Part shown: positions 1-9,347 of the stretch, piece after piece
Layout: each line of letters starts with the position of its first letter
How positions within the stretch are numbered: position 1 is the first letter of the stretch
IMG/VR virus record: IMGVR_UViG_3300043395_001804
Span: 1-56,043 of that record
Direction: 5' to 3' (one strand)
DNA from: a virus
Lineage: Duplodnaviria > Caudoviricetes
Length of the DNA: 56,043 nucleotides
The notes under the pieces: generated by a model
The model's database searches: none
Told to the model about the DNA's origin: nothing
What the model saw: only the letters and a program-made list of their open reading frames with translations
Translations under genes and position numbers: made by a program

Positions 1-344
1 TTGTCTAGTGTGGCTAGTACTTCGTTCTCCGAACTTTCTTCGAAGTCTACTACCATTAAAGGGATACGTGGAGTCTTGGCCTTGAGAGCTTCATCTACTC
101 TCATGTGTCCATCAAGTAAGCGATTGGTTCTTACGTTGAAGAGAGCCATACCGAGATAGCCGAACTTTTCTTGAAAGGCTTTGTACGTGGCTCGTTGGCG
201 TTGAGAATGGATACGCCAGTTCTTAGGGTTGGGAGGTAGTTTACTAGGGTCTACTTCTCCCACGTACAGGTCAGTACCCTTTAGATGAATGAAGGTCTTC
301 AACCAAGGATACTGACTTTTGTACTTATCGATTAGTGTTGGCAT
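1..344 (-). CDS. ParB/Srx-like N-terminal domain protein (partial, runs off window start; not in ORF track)
   Basis: ATG at 344 opens MPTLIDKYK...LPPNPKNWRIH...RLLDGHMRV...EVLATLD with no stop before position 1; PNPxNxR and DGHxR are ParB-N motifs. Confidence 0.75.
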   Translation of the reverse strand, partial: MPTLIDKYKSQYPWLKTFIHLKGTDLYVGEVDPSKLPPNPKNWRIHSQRQRATYKAFQEKFGYLGMALFNVRTNRLLDGHMRVDEALKAKTPRIPLMVVDFEESSENEVLATLD

Positions 345-345
345 G

Positions 346-690
346 TTACAGTTTTACTGATGGGTCGGAAATTGGGACAATCTCAATCAGTAGTGTAAAC
401 GCCATGCTTTCTTTTGCAACCTTAGTAATTGAAAAAGTGAATCCTTCGATGTTACGTAGTCGCTGAAGTTCAGCAATTACTGTATCGATTGATTCTGGCT
501 TGGTATCGTATGGTTGATCGATAATCTGATTGTCGTTGCTTGCTAAGCTTAGTAGCTTATCGATCTGACCAATGATGCCAAGCTTAACTCCTTCACTTAG
601 CAGTTTGCTTTCCTTTAGCTGAACTTCGCTTATTGTTATTCCCACTCTTGGGTCTTCGATTTTCTCCAGCTTGGTTATTAGTCTTAACAC
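346..690 (-). CDS. hypothetical protein (start uncertain, overlaps primase 3' end)
   Basis: ORF fills the gap between the primase and ParB-like genes in the same orientation. Confidence 0.45.
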   Translation of the reverse strand: MLRLITKLEKIEDPRVGITISEVQLKESKLLSEGVKLGIIGQIDKLLSLASNDNQIIDQPYDTKPESIDTVIAELQRLRNIEGFTFSITKVAKESMAFTLLIEIVPISDPSVKL

Positions 691-2785
691 GAGTAGTCTC
701 CAAACATGCTATGAGGTCTTCACAAAGGGAATAAGTGTAAGTGTCTCGGCCTCGATTGCCGGACTTGTTGTTCTCTTTATCGTGGATGACGATATCGAGT
801 TGTTCTAGGTCAGTGAGGATTTGATGTACGCGAGTACTTGGAATCTTCAACGTATCGATGATGGACTTGCGAGTAACATTCTTGTGTTTATGGATGAAGT
901 TAATTACTTCGTAGTTGAGTCCTGGGCAAGAGTCGAAACCAATCTTACGAATGATAGCGTATGTTGCTTCGGATACAACCTTCTCGCCTCTAACGTGAGC
1001 TAGGGCATGGGCTAGGTTTTTGAACTGGAGAGATAGACGGGTAGCGACTGCGGCTCTTGGTCGGTAGATCATACCTTCGTTTCGGTCTTTCACTACTTCA
1101 GCTTGCAGTCTTGCGGCTACCTTAGCCAATGCCATGATCTTGTTACGGATTGGTATTGGTACTTCGGCTACGTTCTCTGGATTGAAAGTTTCGAACAAGT
1201 GTTTGTAGTATCCAAGCATTGTGTCGGATAGCTTCTTCTTGTTCTCTTTCTTCTGTCCCATGTTCTCCCATGCTTGGCTCATGTGTTCATCTTCATCGAA
1301 GTCGTTTCCTAAGAAGTCGATTCGCAAGAATCGCTCTCCCTTGGAAGCGTCATTGTGCTTGTAGATGATTGGTGTAACACCGGCGATGATGTTGAACTTG
1401 AAGTCAGTGGCTTCGTAGGACTTGCCGTTACCCCAAGTAATCTTTACGTAACCATCGTAGGCATCACGTAGTAAGTCCCATAGTTGTTGCTGTACTCCGT
1501 CTGGCATACCAAGTAGTACGGTCATATCTTTGATGAACAAAGTTTTCTCATTCATCTTATGAAGGGTCGATGCGTCTGAACCATCTGTGTTTCTCCATCC
1601 TGATACAAGCGATGTTGCAGTCAGCTTGGATACGTAATCGAAGTACTTGTTGTTACCACCGAATGCTTCGATTACTGTTGACTTACCGCATGATGCAGGG
1701 CCGACAACGAATAACCAAAGTGGTTCGCCTGGAAGACGTACTGAAAGTGATGTAGCAAGCATAGCATCGATTGTTTGTAGAATCGATCTGCTTGTGTATA
1801 AGCTTTCCTTGATACGTTTCTGGAAGGTAGAATAAGAAGTAACTGGTTCAATCGATTCAATGTCTGCATTGAACGTCTTCTTGACTTCGCTACCTTCTTC
1901 TTGTTCTAGTTCTTCTGTGTAGTCTTCTTCAGTTGTAGCTGCCATATCAAGAAGAACTGGTAGAACTTCTGTCTTGGTCTTAGCGTTAGTCCATACGTCC
2001 CTAACGTCTTTGAGTTCTACGTTTTTCTTGACTAGCTTTAGCTTTGATAGGGCTGATGATCCCCAATTAGCTATGCTGTATCTGAGTCCGATGCTACGTT
2101 TGCGTAGCACTTCGATACCTTGATCGCCACCTTGATCTTTGTCAAAGAAGAAGGTTAGATACTTGCCTTTGAATGATTTGTTCCAGGACTCTTTCCAGCA
2201 TGTTGCACCTGGAAGTCCAAGTATGGTAGGTGCTTCTTTACGCATTGCTCTAAAAGCTGCGTAAAGAGCAAGTGCGTCCCATTCTCCTTCTGTGACAAGG
2301 ATTTCGGGGTCGTACTGCTTCGTGTTGAATACCTTATAAAGCTGTAGATCAAAGCCTGGGGCTTTGAAGATTCTAAATCGATTCTTTGGGTTGAAGTTGT
2401 TAGGATCGAATGCACCCAAGTTAAGCAATTGGTTAGATCCGTAGTAGGGAACGTACCATCTTCCCGTATTTGGATTTCGATGCCAATTAGCAAGTTCAAA
2501 TACCTCACTTGGGATTCCTCTTTCCGTTTCAAGAAATTTGTAATCTTCTGGAGTAGTGAGAACTTTGAGGGCTTCGTGAAACTGCGTAATAAAAGTGTAA
2601 TAGTTACCCGACCTACTACATTTCTTACAGTTATATAGTCCACTTGTGTTATGGAAGTAGAAGTGATTAGCTTTTCCGCAATTTGCGAATGGGCAGTTGG
2701 CAACATGATTATCCTTTACTTGTTTCGTAGCTTCGACACCAAAGAATTTGTAAAAAGCAACTGGGTCTTGTTGTGCGTTAGGCAT
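593..2785 (-). CDS. DNA primase-helicase (Zn finger + TOPRIM + AAA+ ATPase + C-terminal winged helix)
   Basis: N-terminal CPFANC...H...CKKC Zn finger; TOPRIM EGEWD and FFFDKD; Walker A GPASCGKST, Walker B LFIKD. Confidence 0.85.
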   Translation of the reverse strand: MPNAQQDPVAFYKFFGVEATKQVKDNHVANCPFANCGKANHFYFHNTSGLYNCKKCSRSGNYYTFITQFHEALKVLTTPEDYKFLETERGIPSEVFELANWHRNPNTGRWYVPYYGSNQLLNLGAFDPNNFNPKNRFRIFKAPGFDLQLYKVFNTKQYDPEILVTEGEWDALALYAAFRAMRKEAPTILGLPGATCWKESWNKSFKGKYLTFFFDKDQGGDQGIEVLRKRSIGLRYSIANWGSSALSKLKLVKKNVELKDVRDVWTNAKTKTEVLPVLLDMAATTEEDYTEELEQEEGSEVKKTFNADIESIEPVTSYSTFQKRIKESLYTSRSILQTIDAMLATSLSVRLPGEPLWLFVVGPASCGKSTVIEAFGGNNKYFDYVSKLTATSLVSGWRNTDGSDASTLHKMNEKTLFIKDMTVLLGMPDGVQQQLWDLLRDAYDGYVKITWGNGKSYEATDFKFNIIAGVTPIIYKHNDASKGERFLRIDFLGNDFDEDEHMSQAWENMGQKKENKKKLSDTMLGYYKHLFETFNPENVAEVPIPIRNKIMALAKVAARLQAEVVKDRNEGMIYRPRAAVATRLSLQFKNLAHALAHVRGEKVVSEATYAIIRKIGFDSCPGLNYEVINFIHKHKNVTRKSIIDTLKIPSTRVHQILTDLEQLDIVIHDKENNKSGNRGRDTYTYSLCEDLIACLETTRVKTNNQAGENRRPKSGNNNKRSSAKGKQTAK

Positions 2786-3092
2786 TGGTTTTCCTTCGTA
2801 GGTTTTCTGGAATTGTTTGAAGTGCTGTTTTAACTAAATCTTCAGCAATGACAAACAGTTCATCATCGCTTATTTTGTCTATACCAATAGACTCAAAAGT
2901 TATTGGTATGTTATAGACAAATTTCTTGTGGTTTGTTTTACGTACTGTCCAACGTATATTAAACTTAGTACGTTCAATAGACGCAGTAATACAGCCAAAG
3001 TTTAGCTCTCTATGTACAACTCTTAGTACTATAGAGAATCGTAAAAACACTTTATCATAGTACTCTTTTGAAAGAGCTACTTTATTAAGCAT
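2778..3092 (-). CDS. hypothetical protein (start probably ATG 3092)
   Basis: Start overlaps the polymerase stop and end overlaps the primase start, consistent with translational coupling. Confidence 0.5.
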   Translation of the reverse strand: MLNKVALSKEYYDKVFLRFSIVLRVVHRELNFGCITASIERTKFNIRWTVRKTNHKKFVYNIPITFESIGIDKISDDELFVIAEDLVKTALQTIPENLRRKTNA

Positions 3093-5092
3093 TAGTTGTT
3101 TCTCCAATCTTGGAGTTTGATTGCCTGACTCCAATTGTCTTCGATGATTTCTGGTTTACAAATACACGGTACTCCATACTGCTTTCCTGCGTCTTGCATG
3201 ATAGTTGCTAAGTCTGATAACACCTTAACGATCCTTTCCCGCCCAAGCTTTTTCTGGAGAGAGAAAAGTAATTCGTCATGGATTTGTAGAATCAATGCGG
3301 CTTTACTTTTAGCTACGATGTTAGAGTAGTCGAAGTTTACTAAACGATTAGAGATTAAGTAACTGTCACAATTGGTTAAAGCTGTCTTGACGATATCGCC
3401 CTCGGTTCCTTGGACGATGTAATTTACTCCTGCGTAGGCTTTGCTTCGTTGAACGTGGAGTCGGTATCCACCGGCGGTTTCGACGTAGCCATGACGTTTG
3501 ACGAACGATACGGTTCTATCAATCGATTCCGTAACACAAGGAAATAGTGTCTGTACTCTTCGAAAGATTCCCTTGATTCCGCACGTTGCGTCGATCTTGC
3601 TTTCTCCTGCTCCGAATATGTATCCGAAGTTGACATTCTTTGCTACCCTCCGTTGTATCTTAGTTGGTTCATCGGTTTCAAAGATTTGCATAGCCATGTA
3701 GGTATGGAAATCGAAACCATCTTCAAACGCTTTAACTAGCTTTGGGTCTTTCGACCAGTAAGCAAAGATTCTAAGCTGTAATTGATCGTAGTCAATACTA
3801 GACCATATACGATCTTTGGTAGGGCCGAATACCTTACGGATGCAGTACGATGTAATGATGTTACCATTTTCATCAATACGTTCTTTGCCTTTGCTGATGT
3901 TCTGACCGTTAGGGTTTTCTGATGCTAAACGAGTAGTTGACGTACCTACTTGTTTGATGTTTGGTAGTAGTAAATAAACAGTACTACCGGATTTCTGTGT
4001 TCTGAATCGTATGTACGATTGTAGATAGTTGTTAGCTGCATTGACTTCACGGTACGCTATCATCGCGTCTACGAATTCAATTGCTGCTTTGGATTTCTTC
4101 TGGGTCTTGAGTTCTGGCAGTACGCTCTTATCAGTTGAGTCGTTTCCTGCATCGGTAAGTTTGACTGACTTGAATTTGAACTTGGTGAATAAGGCTTGGG
4201 ATAATTGTGGTGGGCTGTTGGGATTGAATTCGTTGTCGGATAGTAGTAATCGCATCTTAGCGACTAGACCAGCTTTGGTGCTCTCTGCTTCTTTAACTGC
4301 CTTGGGGAAGTGCGTATCGTGTATCGAGATTCCGCACTTGGTCATACGGTACAAAGGCATTACAACCTTTTGCTGTATCTCGTATGGCTTTAGTAAGTGC
4401 GTATTTACTTCGAATGTTTGTTCTTGGCGTATGAATAGTGCGGCTGTACGGATAGCGTCTTTGATCGCGTACTGCTTACATAGTTGCTTTCTAGGATCGG
4501 AGTCGGGAGCTAGTTGAGTTAGCCAAAAATCGCATTTGTGAAATCGATCTTTCTGTCCTGCGAGTTCTGGTAATCCTGCTTCTGCTAATCGTATCTTGCC
4601 TGACTCTGACTGAGGCTTGAACTGTCTACGTAACTCTTTGATGAAGTCATCTAGTTCTTTTTCGTCGTCGTCTAAGATATCGCAGTAGAGTAACGCTTGC
4701 TCTTTGAGTCCTAAAGGATCGCTTGAGTTTAGAACGTGTGCTCTAATCATTGTGTCATGATAATTGCAGTTATGCTCTAACTCGATTGGAAACGAGTTCC
4801 ATTCTGGAAGAGGGAGAAGAGAAAGCATGAACAGGTCAAAGTTCAAGTTATGGAATACTAGGGTCTTGAACGATGATACGTAGTTGTAAACCTGAGCTAG
4901 TGTTTTCTTAGACCAGTTAGGGGTTCGTGTGCGGGGATCTACGATGGCTTCCCAATACTTAGTTACTCCGTTGTTGTCGCATGTAGATATTGCGAATGCT
5001 TTGCAACCGTGGTGTCCGAATAGACCTGTTGTTTCTGTGTCGATTGCTAAGAATTTAGTGACTGCTTTGTATTTACGTACTGAAGTTGCCAT
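3092..5092 (-). CDS. polA: DNA polymerase, family A, with 3'-5' exonuclease
   Basis: ExoI DTETTG, ExoII HNLNFD, TTRLASENPN, motif A DYDQLQLR, motif B RRVAKNVNFGYIFG, motif C IHDEL. Confidence 0.95.
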   Translation of the reverse strand: MATSVRKYKAVTKFLAIDTETTGLFGHHGCKAFAISTCDNNGVTKYWEAIVDPRTRTPNWSKKTLAQVYNYVSSFKTLVFHNLNFDLFMLSLLPLPEWNSFPIELEHNCNYHDTMIRAHVLNSSDPLGLKEQALLYCDILDDDEKELDDFIKELRRQFKPQSESGKIRLAEAGLPELAGQKDRFHKCDFWLTQLAPDSDPRKQLCKQYAIKDAIRTAALFIRQEQTFEVNTHLLKPYEIQQKVVMPLYRMTKCGISIHDTHFPKAVKEAESTKAGLVAKMRLLLSDNEFNPNSPPQLSQALFTKFKFKSVKLTDAGNDSTDKSVLPELKTQKKSKAAIEFVDAMIAYREVNAANNYLQSYIRFRTQKSGSTVYLLLPNIKQVGTSTTRLASENPNGQNISKGKERIDENGNIITSYCIRKVFGPTKDRIWSSIDYDQLQLRIFAYWSKDPKLVKAFEDGFDFHTYMAMQIFETDEPTKIQRRVAKNVNFGYIFGAGESKIDATCGIKGIFRRVQTLFPCVTESIDRTVSFVKRHGYVETAGGYRLHVQRSKAYAGVNYIVQGTEGDIVKTALTNCDSYLISNRLVNFDYSNIVAKSKAALILQIHDELLFSLQKKLGRERIVKVLSDLATIMQDAGKQYGVPCICKPEIIEDNWSQAIKLQDWRNN

Positions 5093-5118
5093 GATTGTAC
5101 TTATTGTAGTAAGTCGAT

Positions 5119-5161
5119 AAAAAAACCAGTCATGCTAGACCGTGATATCTAGCATGACTGG
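5119..5161 (-). terminator. intrinsic terminator downstream of SSB-like gene
   Basis: 14-bp perfect stem CCAGTCATGCTAGA/TCTAGCATGACTGG followed by T7 on the - strand. Confidence 0.85.
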
Positions 5162-5267
5162 CTGAGGCAAGTTACCGTGTATGGCTACGGCAACTAAAGG
5201 TGAGTTGACTACAACTCGCATCGATTGATCGGATTGTATATTACAATTCGTTCCGATGCAAGAAGTT

Positions 5268-6110
5268 TTAGCCTACTTCTTGAACTTCGTCAAGTTTGAC
5301 GGTTAAGGCTTCTCCCTTGGAGTTCTTGGCCTTGAAGACCTTCTTCTTTTCGTCGTAGGACAGAAGAGTTACCTTACCTGCTTTTGACATCTTGGCGGTC
5401 TTTACAGTGGCCTTTTGCCCAACCCATTCGGAAGGTTCTTCAAGATTGTCTTCTTCATCGGAATCATCATCTGAATCGTCGTCTGAGCCTTCGTCGGAAT
5501 CATCAGAGTCTTCATCCGAATCGTCTTCGGAGTCGTCATCCGATTCTTCTTCATCTTCGTCCTGGTCTTCTTCGTCTTGATCTTCTGCGTCTTCGTCATC
5601 GAGTGGACGGTTGACGCGAACATCGATGCCGGTTTCAGAGTAACGAGAGATGGTGATCGATACCAAAGGCTTGTCAGTCTTGATCGTTTCGAACATTTCC
5701 TTCAAGGCATCAAGGCTGAGGTCATCAGTTTCGAAACCGAGATTCTGGAGAGTGAAAGACAAGTCCTTGTAGGCTTGTTCTTCAGTTCGCTTGCCTTGCT
5801 CAACCAAGCTAATGTACTTGGATGGAGTTTGACCTTTGCCGGTGTTGCCGGTGCAAACAAAGTTGAAGCTAACGTAGGGCTTCTTGTTCTTGTCAACACC
5901 GCAACGAGCAGCGGTACAACGTGCAGTTGTCGTAACCTTGCCTTCGATCTTCAACTTGAAGGCGGCGATGATTTCTTCAGGAGTAGTGAACCCCTTCGGT
6001 GCCTCTTCTTTACCGGCCTTCTTCAAGATCGAACCTTTGGTCTTGATCGCTTTGAAGAAGTCCGAAGAAGTATCTTTCTCGGTGCTCTTTGTGGTTGGTC
6101 GTGTAGCCAT
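5268..6110 (-). CDS. putative single-stranded DNA-binding protein with long Asp/Glu/Ser tract
   Basis: Next to Sak4-like ATPase and polymerase; beta-rich N-domain plus about 55-aa acidic stretch. Confidence 0.5.
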   Translation of the reverse strand: MATRPTTKSTEKDTSSDFFKAIKTKGSILKKAGKEEAPKGFTTPEEIIAAFKLKIEGKVTTTARCTAARCGVDKNKKPYVSFNFVCTGNTGKGQTPSKYISLVEQGKRTEEQAYKDLSFTLQNLGFETDDLSLDALKEMFETIKTDKPLVSITISRYSETGIDVRVNRPLDDEDAEDQDEEDQDEDEEESDDDSEDDSDEDSDDSDEGSDDDSDDDSDEEDNLEEPSEWVGQKATVKTAKMSKAGKVTLLSYDEKKKVFKAKNSKGEALTVKLDEVQEVG

Positions 6111-6124
6111 AGCTTTCTTTCCTT

Positions 6125-6143
6125 ATGCAATGCAGAATTTATT
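6125..6143 (+). promoter_or_regulatory. 19-bp dispersed box RTGCAATGYNGAATTTATT (copy 1 of about 11)
   Basis: ATGCAATGCAGAATTTATT; recurs at 14595, 23628, 23664(rc), 36703, 38354(rc), 38557, 44733, 48131, 52575, 54056. Confidence 0.8.
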
Positions 6144-6162
6144 AAACGTAACAACGAAGTAA

Positions 6163-7035
6163 CTACTCTTGGTCGCTGGACTCTACAATGATTCCAGTTT
6201 TGATTTGGTTTTCCCAGGCTTTGATAAGCGTTTCATAGCCTTTTGTCGGATCTTCTGGAAGGTAGAAAGCATTTAGCTGTTTACCTTTGACGTTGCAGAA
6301 TCTATCACGGACTCCGCACTTAGTCCAGATGGTGTCCCATCTACAGTGGACTGCTCGTTTGGTATTGTGGTAGCCAATGAAGAATGCAAAGTCCATTGCT
6401 TTCTTCAGCCACTCAAATACTGCTGATGGGCCTGAAGGACTGTAAATGTTTTCAGTTGTCCCTGTGTTGAGTTCTCCTTCTCGTTCTTTGGTGTGTGCTG
6501 TAAAGACTACTCCGAGTCTTGAATTGAACTTCAAGTTATTGAGTACTCTTTCAAACTCTTTGTTGATTTCGCCACGAGATGCCCCATAGTCTTTCTTAGG
6601 TACATGCTCCATTTGGTTCTCAAGACACCAATTGTTTTCACAAGCTTTGTAACACTCACTGATGTTATCGATACCAATAACTTTGATTGACTTGTCGGAC
6701 TCTGCTTGTTCAAGAAGCGTTGTAAACTTCTTCCAAGGATTCTCTTGACCTTGCTCCATTTCTGGAACAGAAGAGATTTTGAAGTCGATCTGTCTTGCTC
6801 TAATGTTTCGTCTTGCTGGTTCGAACTGGAAGATAACTGAGCCAGGAATCGAAGCCATTAGTGAGGACTTCCCTACACCTGCTGTACCATGCAGTAGTGT
6901 GTAGTAGTCGAAGAAGTCATCAGATGGTTCGTTGTACTCTTCTGGGCCTGGGATCTTCCATTCGGTCGAAGAAGCTTTACTAACAGTCTTGCTTTTTGTA
7001 GCGTTCGGGTTGACTCGCCGTACTCTTGTAGCCAT
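6163..7035 (-). CDS. AAA-family ATPase, Sak4-like single-strand annealing/recombination protein
   Basis: Walker A HGTAGVGKS, Walker B IGIDNI, FTAH motif; lies between nuclease and SSB-like genes. Confidence 0.75.
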   Translation of the reverse strand: MATRVRRVNPNATKSKTVSKASSTEWKIPGPEEYNEPSDDFFDYYTLLHGTAGVGKSSLMASIPGSVIFQFEPARRNIRARQIDFKISSVPEMEQGQENPWKKFTTLLEQAESDKSIKVIGIDNISECYKACENNWCLENQMEHVPKKDYGASRGEINKEFERVLNNLKFNSRLGVVFTAHTKEREGELNTGTTENIYSPSGPSAVFEWLKKAMDFAFFIGYHNTKRAVHCRWDTIWTKCGVRDRFCNVKGKQLNAFYLPEDPTKGYETLIKAWENQIKTGIIVESSDQE

Positions 7036-7070
7036 ACCTTCTATTCCTTTCGTTCGTTGAAGGGAATAGA

Positions 7071-7099
7071 AGTGTAAGTGAGCGATAGTTGAATGTCAA
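7071..7099 (-). promoter_or_regulatory. sigma70-type promoter
   Basis: - strand TTGACA-N17-TACACT upstream of the ATPase gene. Confidence 0.75.
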
Positions 7100-7123
7100 C
7101 AGGTACCCAGAAAAAATTTCCAA

Positions 7124-8182
7124 CTATTTTTTAGATGGTTTTTTCTTAGGTTTTTCTTCGCTTGTTGTTGATTCCTTCTTGACTTGGCCTTGCTCCCCTT
7201 GTAGTTCTGGGAAGCATGTTTCGATCTGATCTAATCCTAATTTTGATCCGCTTGTTACGTAATCGAAGTAGTCTCCTACGCCGATAGTCATTGGATCGAA
7301 GATTCCGAACGGATTTTGAAAGTGGTGAGGATTTGGTTTTCCCTGCTCGTCCACCCAGGGATTGAAAGGGTTTGATTTGATTGACTCCCACCATACTACT
7401 ACGCTTTCAATCATTGGAACCAATGTCCGATGATAGAAGTTGTTAATGTCTGATTGAGTCAGTTCAACTTCGTACCGTTTGAAGTAGTGAGACATTTCAT
7501 TATTTGCTAATGATGTATCTACGTCTTTGGCTACTTCATCATTGATACGTTGTAGGAACTCGTTATCCGATTCGTTCTCTCGTTGCTTCTGACCAGGACG
7601 ACGAATTACGTTGTATAGTACCCCGCCGATCTTCTGACCTTTGTAGTCTTGCGTCATTGAATAGACGTAGAGCATAGTTTGAAGATCGAACGGAAGAGTA
7701 GCTAAGATTTTGTTCTCATCGATATTGGTCTTAGTCTTGTTCTCTTGGAGCCATAACGCTCCTTTGCGTTTGAACATTTCATCGCGTCTACCACGTAGGC
7801 GAATGATTTTGCCAGTTGTAGTTGACTTGTATGGAATGTCGAAGACTTCTTCTTGAGCTACGTATTGGTGCTTCTCATTCGCGTAGTAGCGATTGTAGTG
7901 AGGAACAAGAATACATGCTTGCTTTACTAGCATTGGCTCCATTGAGGATGATTGATAGAACTTCAGTAATTGAGTAATTACTTGAGAAGTTGTCTTTCCT
8001 TGTGCTGTGTACTCTAAGGCTTTATGGAAGATCGTACCGAACTCCATAGCTTCTTTACGTTCAGAAGGGCGTAGACCTTCTACAGTTGCGATTCTGAAGC
8101 GTTCTCTACAGTTACGAAACTTGCAGAGAAGAGAGTACGATATTCCATCCTTGTATAAATCCCACGTTGGTTTCCTGTTCAT
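7124..8182 (-). CDS. PD-(D/E)XK exonuclease (PDDEXK_1/RecB-like); start probably ATG 8182
   Basis: SYS...C.ERF, FGTIFHKALE, RGRRD...QENKT, DLQTMLY motifs. Confidence 0.8.
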   Translation of the reverse strand: MNRKPTWDLYKDGISYSLLCKFRNCRERFRIATVEGLRPSERKEAMEFGTIFHKALEYTAQGKTTSQVITQLLKFYQSSSMEPMLVKQACILVPHYNRYYANEKHQYVAQEEVFDIPYKSTTTGKIIRLRGRRDEMFKRKGALWLQENKTKTNIDENKILATLPFDLQTMLYVYSMTQDYKGQKIGGVLYNVIRRPGQKQRENESDNEFLQRINDEVAKDVDTSLANNEMSHYFKRYEVELTQSDINNFYHRTLVPMIESVVVWWESIKSNPFNPWVDEQGKPNPHHFQNPFGIFDPMTIGVGDYFDYVTSGSKLGLDQIETCFPELQGEQGQVKKESTTSEEKPKKKPSKK

Positions 8183-8195
8183 GTTAATTATTGCC

Positions 8196-8699
8196 TCATA
8201 CATGCTTTTGAAGTAGTAATTTGGTTCTGGCTTTAGCAAGGTCTGACATAAAGATTTCGTATTTGTTTGGTAACTGGATATGTTGTACGTGTTGCTTTGT
8301 TAGAAACTTACTCACACTTGATCCAAGTGCAAATATGAGTTTCGGCTTTATAGTGTTTACTACCAGTTCGAAGTTTTGAAAGCAAGCCTTTCTTTGAGCT
8401 TGTGTAACTTTCTCGGTTTCTGTGTAACAAACTACTTGGTTGACCACCAAGTATTTTTCTGGAGGGAGAAGAGGGGAAATAAAGGTTTTGAAGTAAGAGC
8501 CAACTGATCCAGTCATCGGTTCGCTAACTACAGATTCGATATCGTTTGGTGTTTCATCGACGAACAGATATAGACCTTTTGGAAGTTTGGCTTTGAACAG
8601 TTTTTTGTCTAGTGGCTTCTCGTTCCCATTGCATAATTCGCAATTGCTACACTGTAGTATTTGACTACCAAGTGAGAGGGGAATACGAGGAAGGGTCAT
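8196..8699 (-). CDS. uracil-DNA glycosylase family 4-like protein, degenerate
   Basis: CxxCxLC, LFVDETP, EPMTGSVG, NQVVC, AC...IKPKLIFALG follow the UDG-4 pattern, but GEAPG and HPA motifs are altered. Confidence 0.6.
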   Translation of the reverse strand: MTLPRIPLSLGSQILQCSNCELCNGNEKPLDKKLFKAKLPKGLYLFVDETPNDIESVVSEPMTGSVGSYFKTFISPLLPPEKYLVVNQVVCYTETEKVTQAQRKACFQNFELVVNTIKPKLIFALGSSVSKFLTKQHVQHIQLPNKYEIFMSDLAKARTKLLLQKHV

Positions 8700-9345
8700 A
8701 GACTTCGTTGTATATTTTGTAACGGCCATAGATACCACCTGGGACTGATTTGTTTAGTTCTTCCCATTGAGACTTTGCAGGAATGCCCCAAAGATTACGC
8801 TCACCAGTTTTGTCAGCGTATGCTTTGATATCTGCTATCTCTTTAGGAGTAAAGAACCGTGGATCTGCAATTTTGTATTGCATACATAGTTCTCTAATTT
8901 CGTCTAAGGTCAGAGGTACTACTGCTCTGGTCTTTTCTCTACATGGATACTTTTGAGAGCAGTACTTGAGTGATAACAAGTATGGTTTGATCTGGGTATC
9001 GTAAAGTCTTCCATTGCGGAACTTATTACGGTACATGCCAATGGATAGTTTGCCAGAGGTTAGACCTCCACCAATCTTTAAGCCTGTCTTTGGATTGATA
9101 CCTTTGTCCTCATACTCTCTAGCCCAGTTAGCTAAGATTATTGAGTCGGTAAGAATCTTGTCGTATCTGCCAAGTATGGCGTTCTTCTCGTTTAGTTCGA
9201 ATAGAGCGTCGAACCATACTCCTTGTGTTAAGTTGGTGATGCGTCCACCTGTACCGTACTTTGGTCTTGGTAGCTTACGGTTCAGGATGGGCATTTCAGG
9301 ATCAAGAGACTGAGACAACATATAGTTAGCTTCGTCTTTGTACAT
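8665..9345 (-). CDS. hypothetical protein
   Basis: 226-aa ORF tightly packed in operon. Confidence 0.6.
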   Translation of the reverse strand: MYKDEANYMLSQSLDPEMPILNRKLPRPKYGTGGRITNLTQGVWFDALFELNEKNAILGRYDKILTDSIILANWAREYEDKGINPKTGLKIGGGLTSGKLSIGMYRNKFRNGRLYDTQIKPYLLSLKYCSQKYPCREKTRAVVPLTLDEIRELCMQYKIADPRFFTPKEIADIKAYADKTGERNLWGIPAKSQWEELNKSVPGGIYGRYKIYNEVYDPSSYSPLTW

Positions 9346-9347
9346 CG

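Noticed and set aside
5440-5600. Repetitive TCTTCRTC DNA as a possible repeat array or CRISPR
   Set aside because: Simply encodes the Asp/Glu/Ser tract of the SSB-like protein; no repeat-spacer structure
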